DNA of 64,000 nt from Rickettsia sp. (GTDB lineage Bacteria; Pseudomonadota; Alphaproteobacteria; Rickettsiales; UBA1997): assembly GCA_038131245.1 (NCBI GenBank), contig JAYPPA010000009.1, forward strand, positions 6,215 to 70,214. The letters run 5' to 3'. Within the stretch, counting starts at the first letter, position 1. Each line of letters starts with the position of its first letter. A program made the position numbers and the translations under genes. Shown here piece by piece: positions 37,449 through 48,073 of the stretch. The notes below the pieces were generated by a model. The model did no database searches and was not told the DNA's origin. It saw only the letters and a program-made list of their open reading frames with translations.

Positions 37449-37535
37449 GTAGTTTGATTTATAAATTGCCAATTGATGAGGTCTCGTATGGGTGATACTT
37501 GGACGAATCAATTGGTGATTTAGGGATCAAACTAC
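37449..37535. repeat. Nested inverted repeat (long hairpin) between purQ and trpC
   Basis: Outer arms are gtagtttgat (37449-37458) and atcaaactac (37526-37535). Inner arms are ccaattgat (37469-37477) and atcaattgg (37507-37515). Confidence 0.75.
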
Positions 37536-37546
37536 GATGCCTAAAT

Positions 37547-38227
37547 TTAAAAAAATAGGCCTTTGAACATGGCTACCCCATCCGTCGAGCCGGTTTGTCG
37601 ATCAACAGCCCTTTCTGGGTGAGGCATCATACCAAGAACATTACCGTTTTCATTACAAATCCCAGCTATGTTAAGCTGTGAACCGTTGGGGTTACTATCA
37701 TCAGTAACATTGCCGTTTTTATCAGCATAGCGAAAAACTATATTGCCACCATCTTCAAGTGACTTTAAAGTCTCAGGATCGGCAAAGTAATTACCATCGG
37801 CGTGAGCTATTGGAATGCGCACAACCTGACCTAGTTTATAGTCTTTGGTAAAGCTATTTTGGTTATTTTCAACTCGAAGATGGACGTCGCGGCAAATAAA
37901 TTTCATATCGCGATTGCGCATTAAAGCACCTGGTAAAAGACCAATCTCGGTTAGAATCTGAAAACCATTACAAATTCCAAGCACCCTTGTTCCACGACCC
38001 GCAAGCCTTTTTACTTCACTCATCACTGGAGATATTTTGGCCATTGCGCCACATCTCAAGTAATCGCCATAGGAAAAACCGCCTGGCAAAATAATCAAAT
38101 CATACCCATTATCGAGCTTAGACTCTTTGTGCCAGATGTTATCAACCTTACTGGTATATTTTTCCAAAGTTGTAATCGCATCACGATCACAGTTGGAAGC
38201 TGGGAATGTAATTACTGCTACCTTCAC
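37547..38227 (-). CDS. purQ: Phosphoribosylformylglycinamidine synthase, glutaminase subunit PurQ
   Basis: GATase1 motifs ILPGGFSYGDYLR, GICNGFQIL and HPER. Confidence 0.9.
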   Translation of the reverse strand: MKVAVITFPASNCDRDAITTLEKYTSKVDNIWHKESKLDNGYDLIILPGGFSYGDYLRCGAMAKISPVMSEVKRLAGRGTRVLGICNGFQILTEIGLLPGALMRNRDMKFICRDVHLRVENNQNSFTKDYKLGQVVRIPIAHADGNYFADPETLKSLEDGGNIVFRYADKNGNVTDDSNPNGSQLNIAGICNENGNVLGMMPHPERAVDRQTGSTDGVAMFKGLFF

Positions 38228-38297
38228 CTTTTTAATTATTTATTAATATTTATAACAATATTATAGCAGATATTATTTAAAATAGCAAGAAAATGCC

Positions 38298-39140
38298 TTA
38301 ATATTGTAAAATGGTCAAATAATCAATATTATTTATATTTTCGGCAAGCTTGACAAATACTCTGTCTAGCTCGACTTTTGTTACTACGCCGGCCAATATT
38401 CCTGGCGGAATTTGGTCGCCATCACTTGAGGTAAATACAAGCTCACCTTGAGTAATTCCATGATTTTTTGACAAATATCTTATTTCCATCTCACTTGAAT
38501 TATAGCCAGTCAGTATTCCTCTAGCACGAGAATCAGCAGAAACGACAGGAATTCTGGACTTTGCATCAGTTAAAAGCATAACCCTGGACTTTCCGGCAAA
38601 TGTTTGTACAACCCTTCCAACAACACTTTTTTTGTAAACGACGATTGATCCAGTTTTAATCGAAGCATCATCGGGATGCTTAACTGTGAAGTTGTGATTA
38701 AATAAGCCATAGGATCTGCCAACAATTTGCACAGTCATATAGTTGGTACTTTTTGGAACTACGAATTTTAGAATTTCCTTTAACTCTTTATTCTCATTTT
38801 TAATATAGATTGTGTTAACTAGTATTTTTCTTAACTCTTGATTTTCTTTTCTTAAAGTGACATTTTGTTTTTTTGCATCAACTAACTCTTGAAAATCAAG
38901 AATTAAAGTATATACGGTTTTAAAAGGATAGCTAAAAATGTTGACGATTGGGGTGGAGGCGCTAAAAATGGCGCTTGAAATATATCTAGTAACAATGTGA
39001 TCAGATCTTGACATGGAAATGAAAATAAGGCACAAAAAAACCAGAAAATATAGCTCTATTTTATTAAGGAAATTAATAAAATGACTAGCGATATTATATT
39101 TATTGAACCTTGCCTGTTCTGGTCTGAGATATTGCTTCAT
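38298..39140 (-). CDS. mreC: Rod shape-determining protein MreC
   Basis: Lies downstream of mreB. N-terminal TM, coiled coil (LRKENQELRK) and a beta-rich C-domain. Confidence 0.8.
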   Translation of the reverse strand: MKQYLRPEQARFNKYNIASHFINFLNKIELYFLVFLCLIFISMSRSDHIVTRYISSAIFSASTPIVNIFSYPFKTVYTLILDFQELVDAKKQNVTLRKENQELRKILVNTIYIKNENKELKEILKFVVPKSTNYMTVQIVGRSYGLFNHNFTVKHPDDASIKTGSIVVYKKSVVGRVVQTFAGKSRVMLLTDAKSRIPVVSADSRARGILTGYNSSEMEIRYLSKNHGITQGELVFTSSDGDQIPPGILAGVVTKVELDRVFVKLAENINNIDYLTILQY

Positions 39141-39165
39141 TTAACAAAAGTCTTGAAGATTTGCA

Positions 39166-40206
<1,041 letters not shown>

Positions 40207-40382
40207 TTATTTTTGTTATTTTTTACGACATACTACTATTAAACAACAAGTAAAATTAAAAATCCATTAAAATTTTGAGAAATATTTTTTTGTTTTCAAC
40301 AGGTGTTTTTTTACCCCTAGGTGATGTCGAGTTTTATCTTGCAATCAAGCTGCGAAATGAGGGTTGTAGATTTTATGATCTC

Positions 40383-41891
40383 TTAACCGATCAACTTCTC
40401 CAAGCTGTTAAGGTAAGCAATTGCCGAGGCCTCAAGTACATCAGTACTAGAACCAGAGGCGCTGTAGATTTTTCCGTCTTTTTTTAAGCGCACATTTGCA
40501 GTAGCCTGAGCATCTGTTCCAGAAGTGACTGCATTAACTTGATATAATTCAAGAGTTGCTTCGTGCGGAATTAAATTTTTAATTGCACCAAAAATCGCAT
40601 CAACTGGACCAAATTTCGAAGAAAACTCACATTCTTTGATTTTTTTATCGATTTTTATGGCAATTTTGACTTTAGCTTGATCTTTTTTGCCGCAATCAAC
40701 ATGCAAATCGGTTAATTCAATTTTAGAATTAGCGTGCGTGATCGAATCATCAACCAAAGAAATAATGTCTTCATCTAAAATTTCCTTTTGCTTATCAGCC
40801 AACTCCTTGAATTTAGAGAAAGCTTCACCGAATTTTTCTTCACTTAAATCATAGCCAATCTGACTCAAACGGTCTTTAAAAGCCGCCCTACCCGACAATT
40901 TACCCAAAGTAAGAGAAGTTTTTTCTAAACCGATAGATTCCGGAGTCATGATTTCATAGGTCTGGCGATTTTTTAACATGCCATCTTGGTGAATTCCGCT
41001 TTCATGAGCAAAGGCGTTGGCACCAACAATAGCCTTGTTATACTGTACCGCAAAACCAGTAATATTTGAAACTAATTTCGAGGCACGCATAATCATTTTG
41101 GTGTCGATATTGGTCTCAAAATTGTAAAAATCACTACGAGTTTTTATGGCCATGACGATTTCTTCTAATGCAGCATTACCGGCTCTTTCGCCAATTCCGT
41201 TAATTGTGCATTCAATTTGCCTAGCCCCAGCAGCAACCCCAGCCAAGGAATTAGCCACAGCCAAGCCTAAATCATTATGACAATGGGTTGAAATTATGGC
41301 TTTATCGATGTTGGCAACATTGTCTTTTATAGCCTTGATTAAGTCGTAAAATTCATTCGGAGTCGAATAGCCAACAGTGTCAGGAATATTAACCGTAGTC
41401 GCACCAGCCTTAATTGCGACTTCAATTGCTTTGAACAAAAAATCACGATTCGAGCGCGTGGCGTCTTCTGGGGACCAATCAACTTCATCAACATAGCTTT
41501 TAGCCAAAGAAACGCTGTCGGTGATAGCCTCTAAAACTTGCGCTTCATCCATCTTCAACTTATATTGCATGTGAATTGGACTTGTAGCAATAAATGTATG
41601 AATACATGGACGAGCAGCGTCACGCACAGCCTGCGCGGTTCGCTCTATGTCGCTTTTTTTGGCGCGAGCAAGGCCACAAACGGTAGAATTTTTTACAACT
41701 TTAGCAATTTCGTTCACAGCCTTAAAGTCACCATTAGAAGCAGCAGGAAAGCCAGCTTCAATCACATCAACACCCATTTTTTCTAGAGTTTTGGCAATAA
41801 GTATCTTTTCTTCTAAGTTCATCGCAGCACCAGGGGCTTGCTCTCCGTCTCTTAATGTTGTATCAAAAATTTTAATTTTCTCTCTAGTCAT
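40383..41891 (-). CDS. leuA: 2-isopropylmalate synthase (LeuA/CimA family)
   Basis: Motifs DTTLRDGEQ and HCHNDLGLAVAN, plus a C-terminal LeuA regulatory domain. The track start (TTG, 41915) is replaced by the ATG at 41891 (MTREKIKIFDTT). Confidence 0.9.
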   Translation of the reverse strand: MTREKIKIFDTTLRDGEQAPGAAMNLEEKILIAKTLEKMGVDVIEAGFPAASNGDFKAVNEIAKVVKNSTVCGLARAKKSDIERTAQAVRDAARPCIHTFIATSPIHMQYKLKMDEAQVLEAITDSVSLAKSYVDEVDWSPEDATRSNRDFLFKAIEVAIKAGATTVNIPDTVGYSTPNEFYDLIKAIKDNVANIDKAIISTHCHNDLGLAVANSLAGVAAGARQIECTINGIGERAGNAALEEIVMAIKTRSDFYNFETNIDTKMIMRASKLVSNITGFAVQYNKAIVGANAFAHESGIHQDGMLKNRQTYEIMTPESIGLEKTSLTLGKLSGRAAFKDRLSQIGYDLSEEKFGEAFSKFKELADKQKEILDEDIISLVDDSITHANSKIELTDLHVDCGKKDQAKVKIAIKIDKKIKECEFSSKFGPVDAIFGAIKNLIPHEATLELYQVNAVTSGTDAQATANVRLKKDGKIYSASGSSTDVLEASAIAYLNSLEKLIG

Positions 41892-42053
41892 TTTTATTTT
41901 TTTAAATAAGCTCAATCATCAGCATACTATTGCAAAGTTTTGCTATTTTATCGAGCTTTTATTTTTGACCTTATCAAATTATAATGTCATACAATTAATC
42001 TTATAATTTTATAAAAAAAATAAGTAAAAAATGCATACAATATTCCATTATAT

Positions 42054-42062
42054 ATTATAGCA
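42054..42062 (-). promoter_or_regulatory. Extended -10 (TGcTATAAT) upstream of leuA
   Basis: The minus strand reads atatGCTATAATatat about 165 nt upstream of the leuA ATG. Confidence 0.35.
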
Positions 42063-42146
42063 TATTTCAAAATATTTTGCAAGAAAAAATTGCTTTTTGG
42101 TGAATAAATAATAGAATTAAGTTTATTAGTAAAAAAATCTTAAAAA

Positions 42147-43094
42147 ATGATCAAAAAATTGAAAAAAGGAGATCTAATAGATATAGTGTCCCCAGCCTCT
42201 CCAGTGACTTTTGAGGAATTGGCGAGAATTCAAGAATATTTGGCTGAAAAAGGCTTTAGATCGCGCTGTTTTTTGGCTGAGCAGATTGCAGTAGAAAAAG
42301 AAGCGGCAAATAAGTTCCCAGCAAGTAGTGGTAAAACGCGCTTTGACCAGCTAAAAATGGCGATTGAGGCGAGTGATTCTAGCGCGATTTGGTGCAGCTG
42401 TGGTGGCTATGGCAGTGCGGATTTGCTGGAATTTTTTGATAAAAACCAAAAAATAGAACAAACTAAGCAATTTATCGGATTTAGCGATATTACTGCACTG
42501 GCGACATTTTTTAGGCAGAACTTCGGGTGGGAGACGATTTACGGACCGATGCTTCGGCAATTAAGCCAAGGAAAGCTGCAAAAACATAGTGAAGATGCGG
42601 TTTTTGAGCTTATTTTGGCCGAAAATGATAGAAAAATGCTAGATTTTTGGCAAAAACTTGAAATTTCACATATTTTGGGTGAAAAAGAGGTTTCTGGTGA
42701 GCTGGTTGGTGGATGTGTTAGTGTTTTGGCGCATGATTTGGCAACTCAAAATCAGGTAAATTGGGACGGAAAAATTCTGCTTTTAGAAGATATTGAAGAA
42801 AAAGGCGAGAAATTGGACCGAGTTTTTACGCAGTTTTTGACTATTATGGCCGAATCTAGAGCTTTTCCTAAAGCGATTTTACTGGGTAATTTTTATCAAT
42901 TTATTGAAGATGAAAATTTGATTAAAAATATCAATATTGCGATTGATAAATTTATTAGAAATATTGAGGAAAAAGGCCTTAATATTGCGGTATTTATTGA
43001 AAATAATGGCTTTTTAGGGCATAGCAGCGGGATTTTGCCGGTTATTTTGGGTCGAGAAATTGAGATTGGAAATAAATATTTCTTGCAAAAATAA
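42147..43094 (+). CDS. LD-carboxypeptidase (peptidase S66, LdcA/MccF-like)
   Basis: Nucleophile motif IGFSDITAL. Candidate Glu/His triad partners at LLLEDIEE and GFLGHSSG. Confidence 0.75.
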   Translation: MIKKLKKGDLIDIVSPASPVTFEELARIQEYLAEKGFRSRCFLAEQIAVEKEAANKFPASSGKTRFDQLKMAIEASDSSAIWCSCGGYGSADLLEFFDKNQKIEQTKQFIGFSDITALATFFRQNFGWETIYGPMLRQLSQGKLQKHSEDAVFELILAENDRKMLDFWQKLEISHILGEKEVSGELVGGCVSVLAHDLATQNQVNWDGKILLLEDIEEKGEKLDRVFTQFLTIMAESRAFPKAILLGNFYQFIEDENLIKNINIAIDKFIRNIEEKGLNIAVFIENNGFLGHSSGILPVILGREIEIGNKYFLQK

Positions 43095-43146
43095 TGTGTT
43101 TATGTTAAAATTTGTATTATATTTTATGATGTAATTATTTGCAAAT

Positions 43147-44364
43147 ATGACGAAACAATATCAGGTAGAATCAGTTGAGGAGAATTGCGAAAATCCTGAA
43201 AGTAAAAGGATGACGATTAACTTTGGGCCACAGCATCCGGCTGCCCATGGGGTTTTGAGACTTGTCTTGGAGATGGATGGTGAGATTGTGACTAAGGCGG
43301 ATCCACATATTGGGCTGCTTCATCGTGGGACTGAGAAACTTATCGAGTATAAAACCTATTTACAGGCGGTGCCTTATTTTGACAGGCTTGACTATGTATC
43401 ACCGATGTGCCAAGAGCATGCTTTTGCTCTTTGCGTGGAAAAGCTTTTAGGCTGCAAGATTCCTGAGCGAGCTAGCTATATTCGCGTGTTATTTTCGGAA
43501 ATTACCCGGATTTTGAATCATATTATGGCGATTACGACCCAGGCTTTGGACGTTGGGGCTATGACTCCTTTGCTGTGGATGTTTGAAGAAAGGGAAAAAA
43601 TGATGGGTTTTTACGAAAAAGTCAGTGGTTCGCGGATGCACGCCGCTTATATCAGGCCTGGAGGGGTTAGTCAAGACTTGCCAGATGGTCTTTTGGAGGA
43701 AATTTCTGAGTTTGCTGAAAAATTTCCGGGCTTCTTAAAAGATATGGAGAATCTATTGAGTGAAAATCGGATTTTCAAACAAAGAATGTGTGAAATTGGC
43801 GTTGTGACTAAGGAAGAGGCTCTTGATTGGGGTTTTACTGGACCAATGCTTCGCGGTTCTGGGGTTGCTTGGGATTTAAGAAAATCGCAGCCTTACGAGG
43901 TTTATGATAGAATGGATTTTGATATTCCAATCGGGAAAAATGGTGACTCTTATGATCGTTACTTAATTAGGGTTCAAGAAATGTACGAATCAATCAAAAT
44001 AATCAAACAATGTATCGAGCAAATACCTGAAGGGCCGGTGTTTACTGATGACGGGAAGATTGCTCCACCTTCTAGGTATGATTTGAAAGGGTCGATGGAG
44101 GCGGTAATTCACCATTTCAAGCTTTATACCGAAGGTTATCATGTGCCAAAAGGTGAGGCTTATGGGTGCGTTGAGGCTCCGAAGGGGGAATTTGGCGTTT
44201 ATTTAATTTCTGAAGGGGCGAATAAACCGCATAGATGCAGGATTAGAGCACCTGGATTTGCGCATCTTCAGGCTCTTGAATTTATGGCTAAAGGACATAT
44301 GCTCGCAGATGTGGTGACAGTAATATCTACGCAAGATATTGTATTTGGTGATGTTGATAGGTGA
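43147..44364 (+). CDS. nuoD: NADH-quinone oxidoreductase subunit D
   Basis: 405 aa. [13 protein letters not shown] and a C-terminal ...[13 protein letters not shown]. Confidence 0.95.
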   Translation: MTKQYQVESVEENCENPESKRMTINFGPQHPAAHGVLRLVLEMDGEIVTKADPHIGLLHRGTEKLIEYKTYLQAVPYFDRLDYVSPMCQEHAFALCVEKLLGCKIPERASYIRVLFSEITRILNHIMAITTQALDVGAMTPLLWMFEEREKMMGFYEKVSGSRMHAAYIRPGGVSQDLPDGLLEEISEFAEKFPGFLKDMENLLSENRIFKQRMCEIGVVTKEEALDWGFTGPMLRGSGVAWDLRKSQPYEVYDRMDFDIPIGKNGDSYDRYLIRVQEMYESIKIIKQCIEQIPEGPVFTDDGKIAPPSRYDLKGSMEAVIHHFKLYTEGYHVPKGEAYGCVEAPKGEFGVYLISEGANKPHRCRIRAPGFAHLQALEFMAKGHMLADVVTVISTQDIVFGDVDR

Positions 44365-44461
44365 TTTTGTCAATTTAACGAACCTGAGAGGCTTGGATGG
44401 TCCTGGTTTGCTGAAGCTTATTTAAACAAGATATTAATCTTTAATTATTCAAAATAAAGAG

Positions 44462-46117
44462 ATGAGCAGGAAAGGTGAAAGAGGAAGGCATCATAAAAAT
44501 AGGTTACTTGGTGGGTTGGATATGCTGGACAGAAGCAGCGATTCATCTTCTGAATCAGAAGGGGAATTTACGCCTGGAACTAACTCATCGACTTCACCTA
44601 CTGTTATAACAAATATTAGTACCGTAAGTCCTACGACTTCGGCTGGTTCTAGCTCTCCATTTTCAACAAGCCCTTATATTAGTCCAGCCACTACTCGCCC
44701 TGGAAGTGCAAGCGGCGTTAGAACAAGTACTTCATTTCTTGCAACGACGACGACTGATAGTAGGTCTGCTATGGTTGCCAATGAAAGCCTGGGACCGCAC
44801 ATCAGAGAGATTGCTGTATTGGCAAAAGCAGGGCGAGATTCAATAACTTGTGCGCGACTCAACGAGATAATGGTTCAGGTTGGGACTGAAAAATTTGGCT
44901 TTCAAAATGATTATGACCACCCAAATACTTTATATATTCTTCATAAGGATGAAGGTGGGGCTGGGGTTAAGGGAATACAAACTGCAAATAGAATAGCTTA
45001 TTGCCATGGGGCTGAGATTGTTGTAAAAATTATAGATGGACAAATTTGCGTAACAAATCACGCTATATCTGGCAAAAATCTTACCACATATGTTGCTAGC
45101 AGACCGGTGAATGATGAGTCGCTACGCGAGGTGGCTGAAAAAGTTATAGAATTATCCTTGAAACCAAGGGGTCCTGAAGAAGAACCTAGACTGAAAAATG
45201 CCAACCCTGGCGGAATCTCAGACCTAACGCTTCCTTCGGAAGTTGAAAATTCTTTAGAGGAAAATTCTGAAACTAGAGAGGTTCGGGTGGATTGTTTTAG
45301 AGAAAGTGGATTTGATCTTAAGGGTAAAGTTAAAAAGTTTATTTTAGGTGGCGCTGGCCCTGCTGCTAGTGCTGCTTTTTTTATGAGCACTGTTAGGAAA
45401 GCGGAGAAAGATGGGGCTCTTGATGATTTTTTTATTGCACATCTTAGTCTTACTAACTGTCCAGGGAAATATCCATATCTTAGCGGCAAGGGGCCGTCTT
45501 TCTTAAAGTTTTACACAGAGGAAGTGTATTTTTTTACAGATCTTCTTGGCGTGGAAAAAGTTGTTACTCCATGCAATACAAATCATATTTTGATGAGAGA
45601 GGATCTAGTGAATGGCGGTCCTGGCTGGGCGGCTGATCATATGGATAAGATTGTGGATTACCGAGATGCTTTGGTAAGTGAATTAAAAGAAAGAGGGGTT
45701 AAAAAGGTTCTTTTACTTGGAACTGAGGCGACTACGACTACTCATAAATTGTATCACGAGGTATTAAAAAAGGCTGGGATAGAGATTGTGACGGCAAATG
45801 AGGATGGACAAAAGCTAGTAACTGAGGCTATTTATGATGTTAAAGCAGGAAGAATGAAAAAGGCTCAGGGGCTAATAGAAGGGGTTGTTAAAAAATATGG
45901 TAGAGATGTGACGGTGGTGCTTGCTTGCACTGAGCTACCTTTGCCTTTTGAAGAAAAGCAAATTATTGACAATGGTTGGGTTTGTGTTTCTGATGCGGCC
46001 GTAAAATTTATGAGCAAAATAAGTCTGCACAAAAAAGACCCAGACTCAAAAATTCAACCATCAGAGGCAAGTACACTATCCTCGCCCTCTGAAAAAGTAA
46101 CAGCTGTAGGTTTATGA
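44462..46117 (+). CDS. Fusion protein: basic/Ser-Thr-Pro-rich N-region, uncharacterised module, and C-terminal Asp/Glu racemase domain
   Basis: Racemase motifs are ILGGAGPAASAAFF, TPCNTNH (Cys codon 45572-45574), LLGTEATTTTHKLY and VLACTELPLPF (Cys codon 45926-45928). The N-region is SSDSSSESEGEFTPGTNSSTSPTVITNISTVSPTTSAGSSSPFSTSPYISPATT. Confidence 0.8.
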   Translation: MSRKGERGRHHKNRLLGGLDMLDRSSDSSSESEGEFTPGTNSSTSPTVITNISTVSPTTSAGSSSPFSTSPYISPATTRPGSASGVRTSTSFLATTTTDSRSAMVANESLGPHIREIAVLAKAGRDSITCARLNEIMVQVGTEKFGFQNDYDHPNTLYILHKDEGGAGVKGIQTANRIAYCHGAEIVVKIIDGQICVTNHAISGKNLTTYVASRPVNDESLREVAEKVIELSLKPRGPEEEPRLKNANPGGISDLTLPSEVENSLEENSETREVRVDCFRESGFDLKGKVKKFILGGAGPAASAAFFMSTVRKAEKDGALDDFFIAHLSLTNCPGKYPYLSGKGPSFLKFYTEEVYFFTDLLGVEKVVTPCNTNHILMREDLVNGGPGWAADHMDKIVDYRDALVSELKERGVKKVLLLGTEATTTTHKLYHEVLKKAGIEIVTANEDGQKLVTEAIYDVKAGRMKKAQGLIEGVVKKYGRDVTVVLACTELPLPFEEKQIIDNGWVCVSDAAVKFMSKISLHKKDPDSKIQPSEASTLSSPSEKVTAVGL

Positions 46118-47967
46118 AATTTATAAGAAAAAAGAAAGACAAAAAGAAGGAAGAGATTTCAAGCGCCATTGCTAGAAAGTTTCTTATGTTTTATCAGCTA
46201 CTAATCTGCGCCTTAATTATTGCTGGCGTCATGTTTTCTTCAATTGCTATTGTTAATAAAAATGACGAAGTTGAAAAAATGATGATAAGTCACTCTAAGA
46301 TATTGAAAAATATCATGAAGAATGAGATAAATCAAATAGAATATCAGCTTAATTATGCTTCTTCTAAAATATCATTAATTAGTAACAACTATAGTAAAAT
46401 CGACCAGCTTTTATCTTCTCTATCTTCAACTGCTAATACCAACATTTCTTTGTCGTGGAATTCTTATTCATGGATAAATAAGGATGACAAAATTGCTATT
46501 GATGGAAAATTGGGAATTTTAAAAAATAAACCCGATGTATCTAGAAGAGATTATCTTAGGTTTACAAAATTTAAACAAACTGGGGCGGTTCTTGGATCTC
46601 CTATTTATGGAGCCATCTCAAGAAGATATATAATTCCGGTGGCGATTGGAACTTTTCGTGGTGAATCTCAATATCTAGGAACATTGGTTTTTGGACTGGA
46701 TGTTGATAAAATTAAAGAGAAAATGAACTCGGAAATCAACGATAAGAAAGTGAGTTTCTTGATATTTAAAGAAGGTAGCTTGTTATTTTACTCTGGAGAT
46801 ATTACAGAATCTGTAATTAGTCATATAGAAGATAAGGCAAAAATTTTATCTTTAGAAGAGGGTGATTTAGAGACAAAACTTACAAATCAGGGGTTGTTTT
46901 TTGGAGATGGCTATATTTCCGTTTTTAAAAAAGATGATAATTTTCCTATCGAAGTTGCAGTCATCTATGATAGTAAGCACTATTCAGAGCAAATTACTAA
47001 TCTGATAATTGAAAAGATGTTAATAGTGTTGCTTTTAGCGATATTGTTTTTTATATTATTTAAAATTCTTTATTTAAGGATAATTAAGCCCGTATCCCAT
47101 CTTTCACAGTTTGCTAAACAAATATCAAGAAAAGATTTTAATACCAACATACAAAAACCTCTGAATAAAGAGCTGAACGAAATTTATGATTCGCTTAACC
47201 TAATTAGTCAGTCATTTTCCAAAGAAGAGTCAATGAAAAAGCAGCTAATTGATATCAATAAAAAGCTTGCGGCGGAAAATGCATCGAAAAATGAATTTTT
47301 CCAGGCTATTTGTCACGACATTAGAAGTCCGATCTTCTCAATATCAAATGATGTAAAAACACTTGGGGAATTGACAAAAAATAAAGAAGTTCAAACAATA
47401 ATAAGCAATTTCAACGAAAATGTTACGGATATGCTACAACTTACAGAGGATCTGCTTGATATTTCTCGCACCTCAAGTGGATCGATAAATGTTGACAAAA
47501 AATCAAAGACTGAAGTAGTTGAGGTAATAAATCGATCAATAAAGATCTGCTCAAGCTTTGCAAAAAAACGAGGCGTGACAATTAAAAATGCAACTGATAA
47601 AGAAATTAATAAGATAAAGCTAGACTCAAAGAGGCTTAGGCAAATTCTAGTAAATATTTTGACAAAATTGACTGTTACAAGTAAAAAAGAAAGTGCAATA
47701 AAAATCAGCGTTGAGGAATTTTCTAGCGAAAACCAAGATAAATTACGAATCTACATAAGAAGCAGCTCTGATCACTTGGCTTTAGATAAGGAAACTGACG
47801 AATATAAAGAAAATATGAAGAAATTTGGTATGCTTGGAAGTGATGTCAACGATTTAAACGCTGGACTTAAACATACCAAGGACTTGATTGGCCTAATGGG
47901 CGGAACTTTTGAAATGGAAATCAAAAAGAAAGAGTCTTGTCTAATTAAAATTACCTTTAATTACTAA
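46114..47967 (+). CDS. Membrane sensor histidine kinase with a Cache-like periplasmic domain and a degenerate ATPase domain
   Basis: Two TM segments flank a Cache-like region (SRRDYLRF...GSPIYGAISRRYIIPVAIG). The H-box is FFQAICHDIRSPI (His codon 47314-47316). N/G1/G2 boxes are poorly conserved. The ATGA start overlaps the upstream stop. Confidence 0.75.
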   Translation: MKFIRKKKDKKKEEISSAIARKFLMFYQLLICALIIAGVMFSSIAIVNKNDEVEKMMISHSKILKNIMKNEINQIEYQLNYASSKISLISNNYSKIDQLLSSLSSTANTNISLSWNSYSWINKDDKIAIDGKLGILKNKPDVSRRDYLRFTKFKQTGAVLGSPIYGAISRRYIIPVAIGTFRGESQYLGTLVFGLDVDKIKEKMNSEINDKKVSFLIFKEGSLLFYSGDITESVISHIEDKAKILSLEEGDLETKLTNQGLFFGDGYISVFKKDDNFPIEVAVIYDSKHYSEQITNLIIEKMLIVLLLAILFFILFKILYLRIIKPVSHLSQFAKQISRKDFNTNIQKPLNKELNEIYDSLNLISQSFSKEESMKKQLIDINKKLAAENASKNEFFQAICHDIRSPIFSISNDVKTLGELTKNKEVQTIISNFNENVTDMLQLTEDLLDISRTSSGSINVDKKSKTEVVEVINRSIKICSSFAKKRGVTIKNATDKEINKIKLDSKRLRQILVNILTKLTVTSKKESAIKISVEEFSSENQDKLRIYIRSSSDHLALDKETDEYKENMKKFGMLGSDVNDLNAGLKHTKDLIGLMGGTFEMEIKKKESCLIKITFNY

Positions 47968-48073
47968 TCTTGCATATTTTCATTGATTTTATAGTCTAGA
48001 TAGGCTATAATATAATTGGAAAAAGTCTATATGAGTAGCTATTTGACTTTTAGAAGCGCAAAAAAGCATTAAT

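Noticed and set aside
40275-40487. 70-aa + strand ORF at the leuA 3' end
   Set aside because: It is antisense to the conserved LeuA C-terminal domain and has no motif. It is a chance ORF.
44365-44461. GC-richer patch gaacctgagaggcttggatggtcctgg after nuoD, which looked riboswitch- or terminator-like
   Set aside because: It has no convincing stem and no match to any riboswitch core I know. It is too short to interpret.
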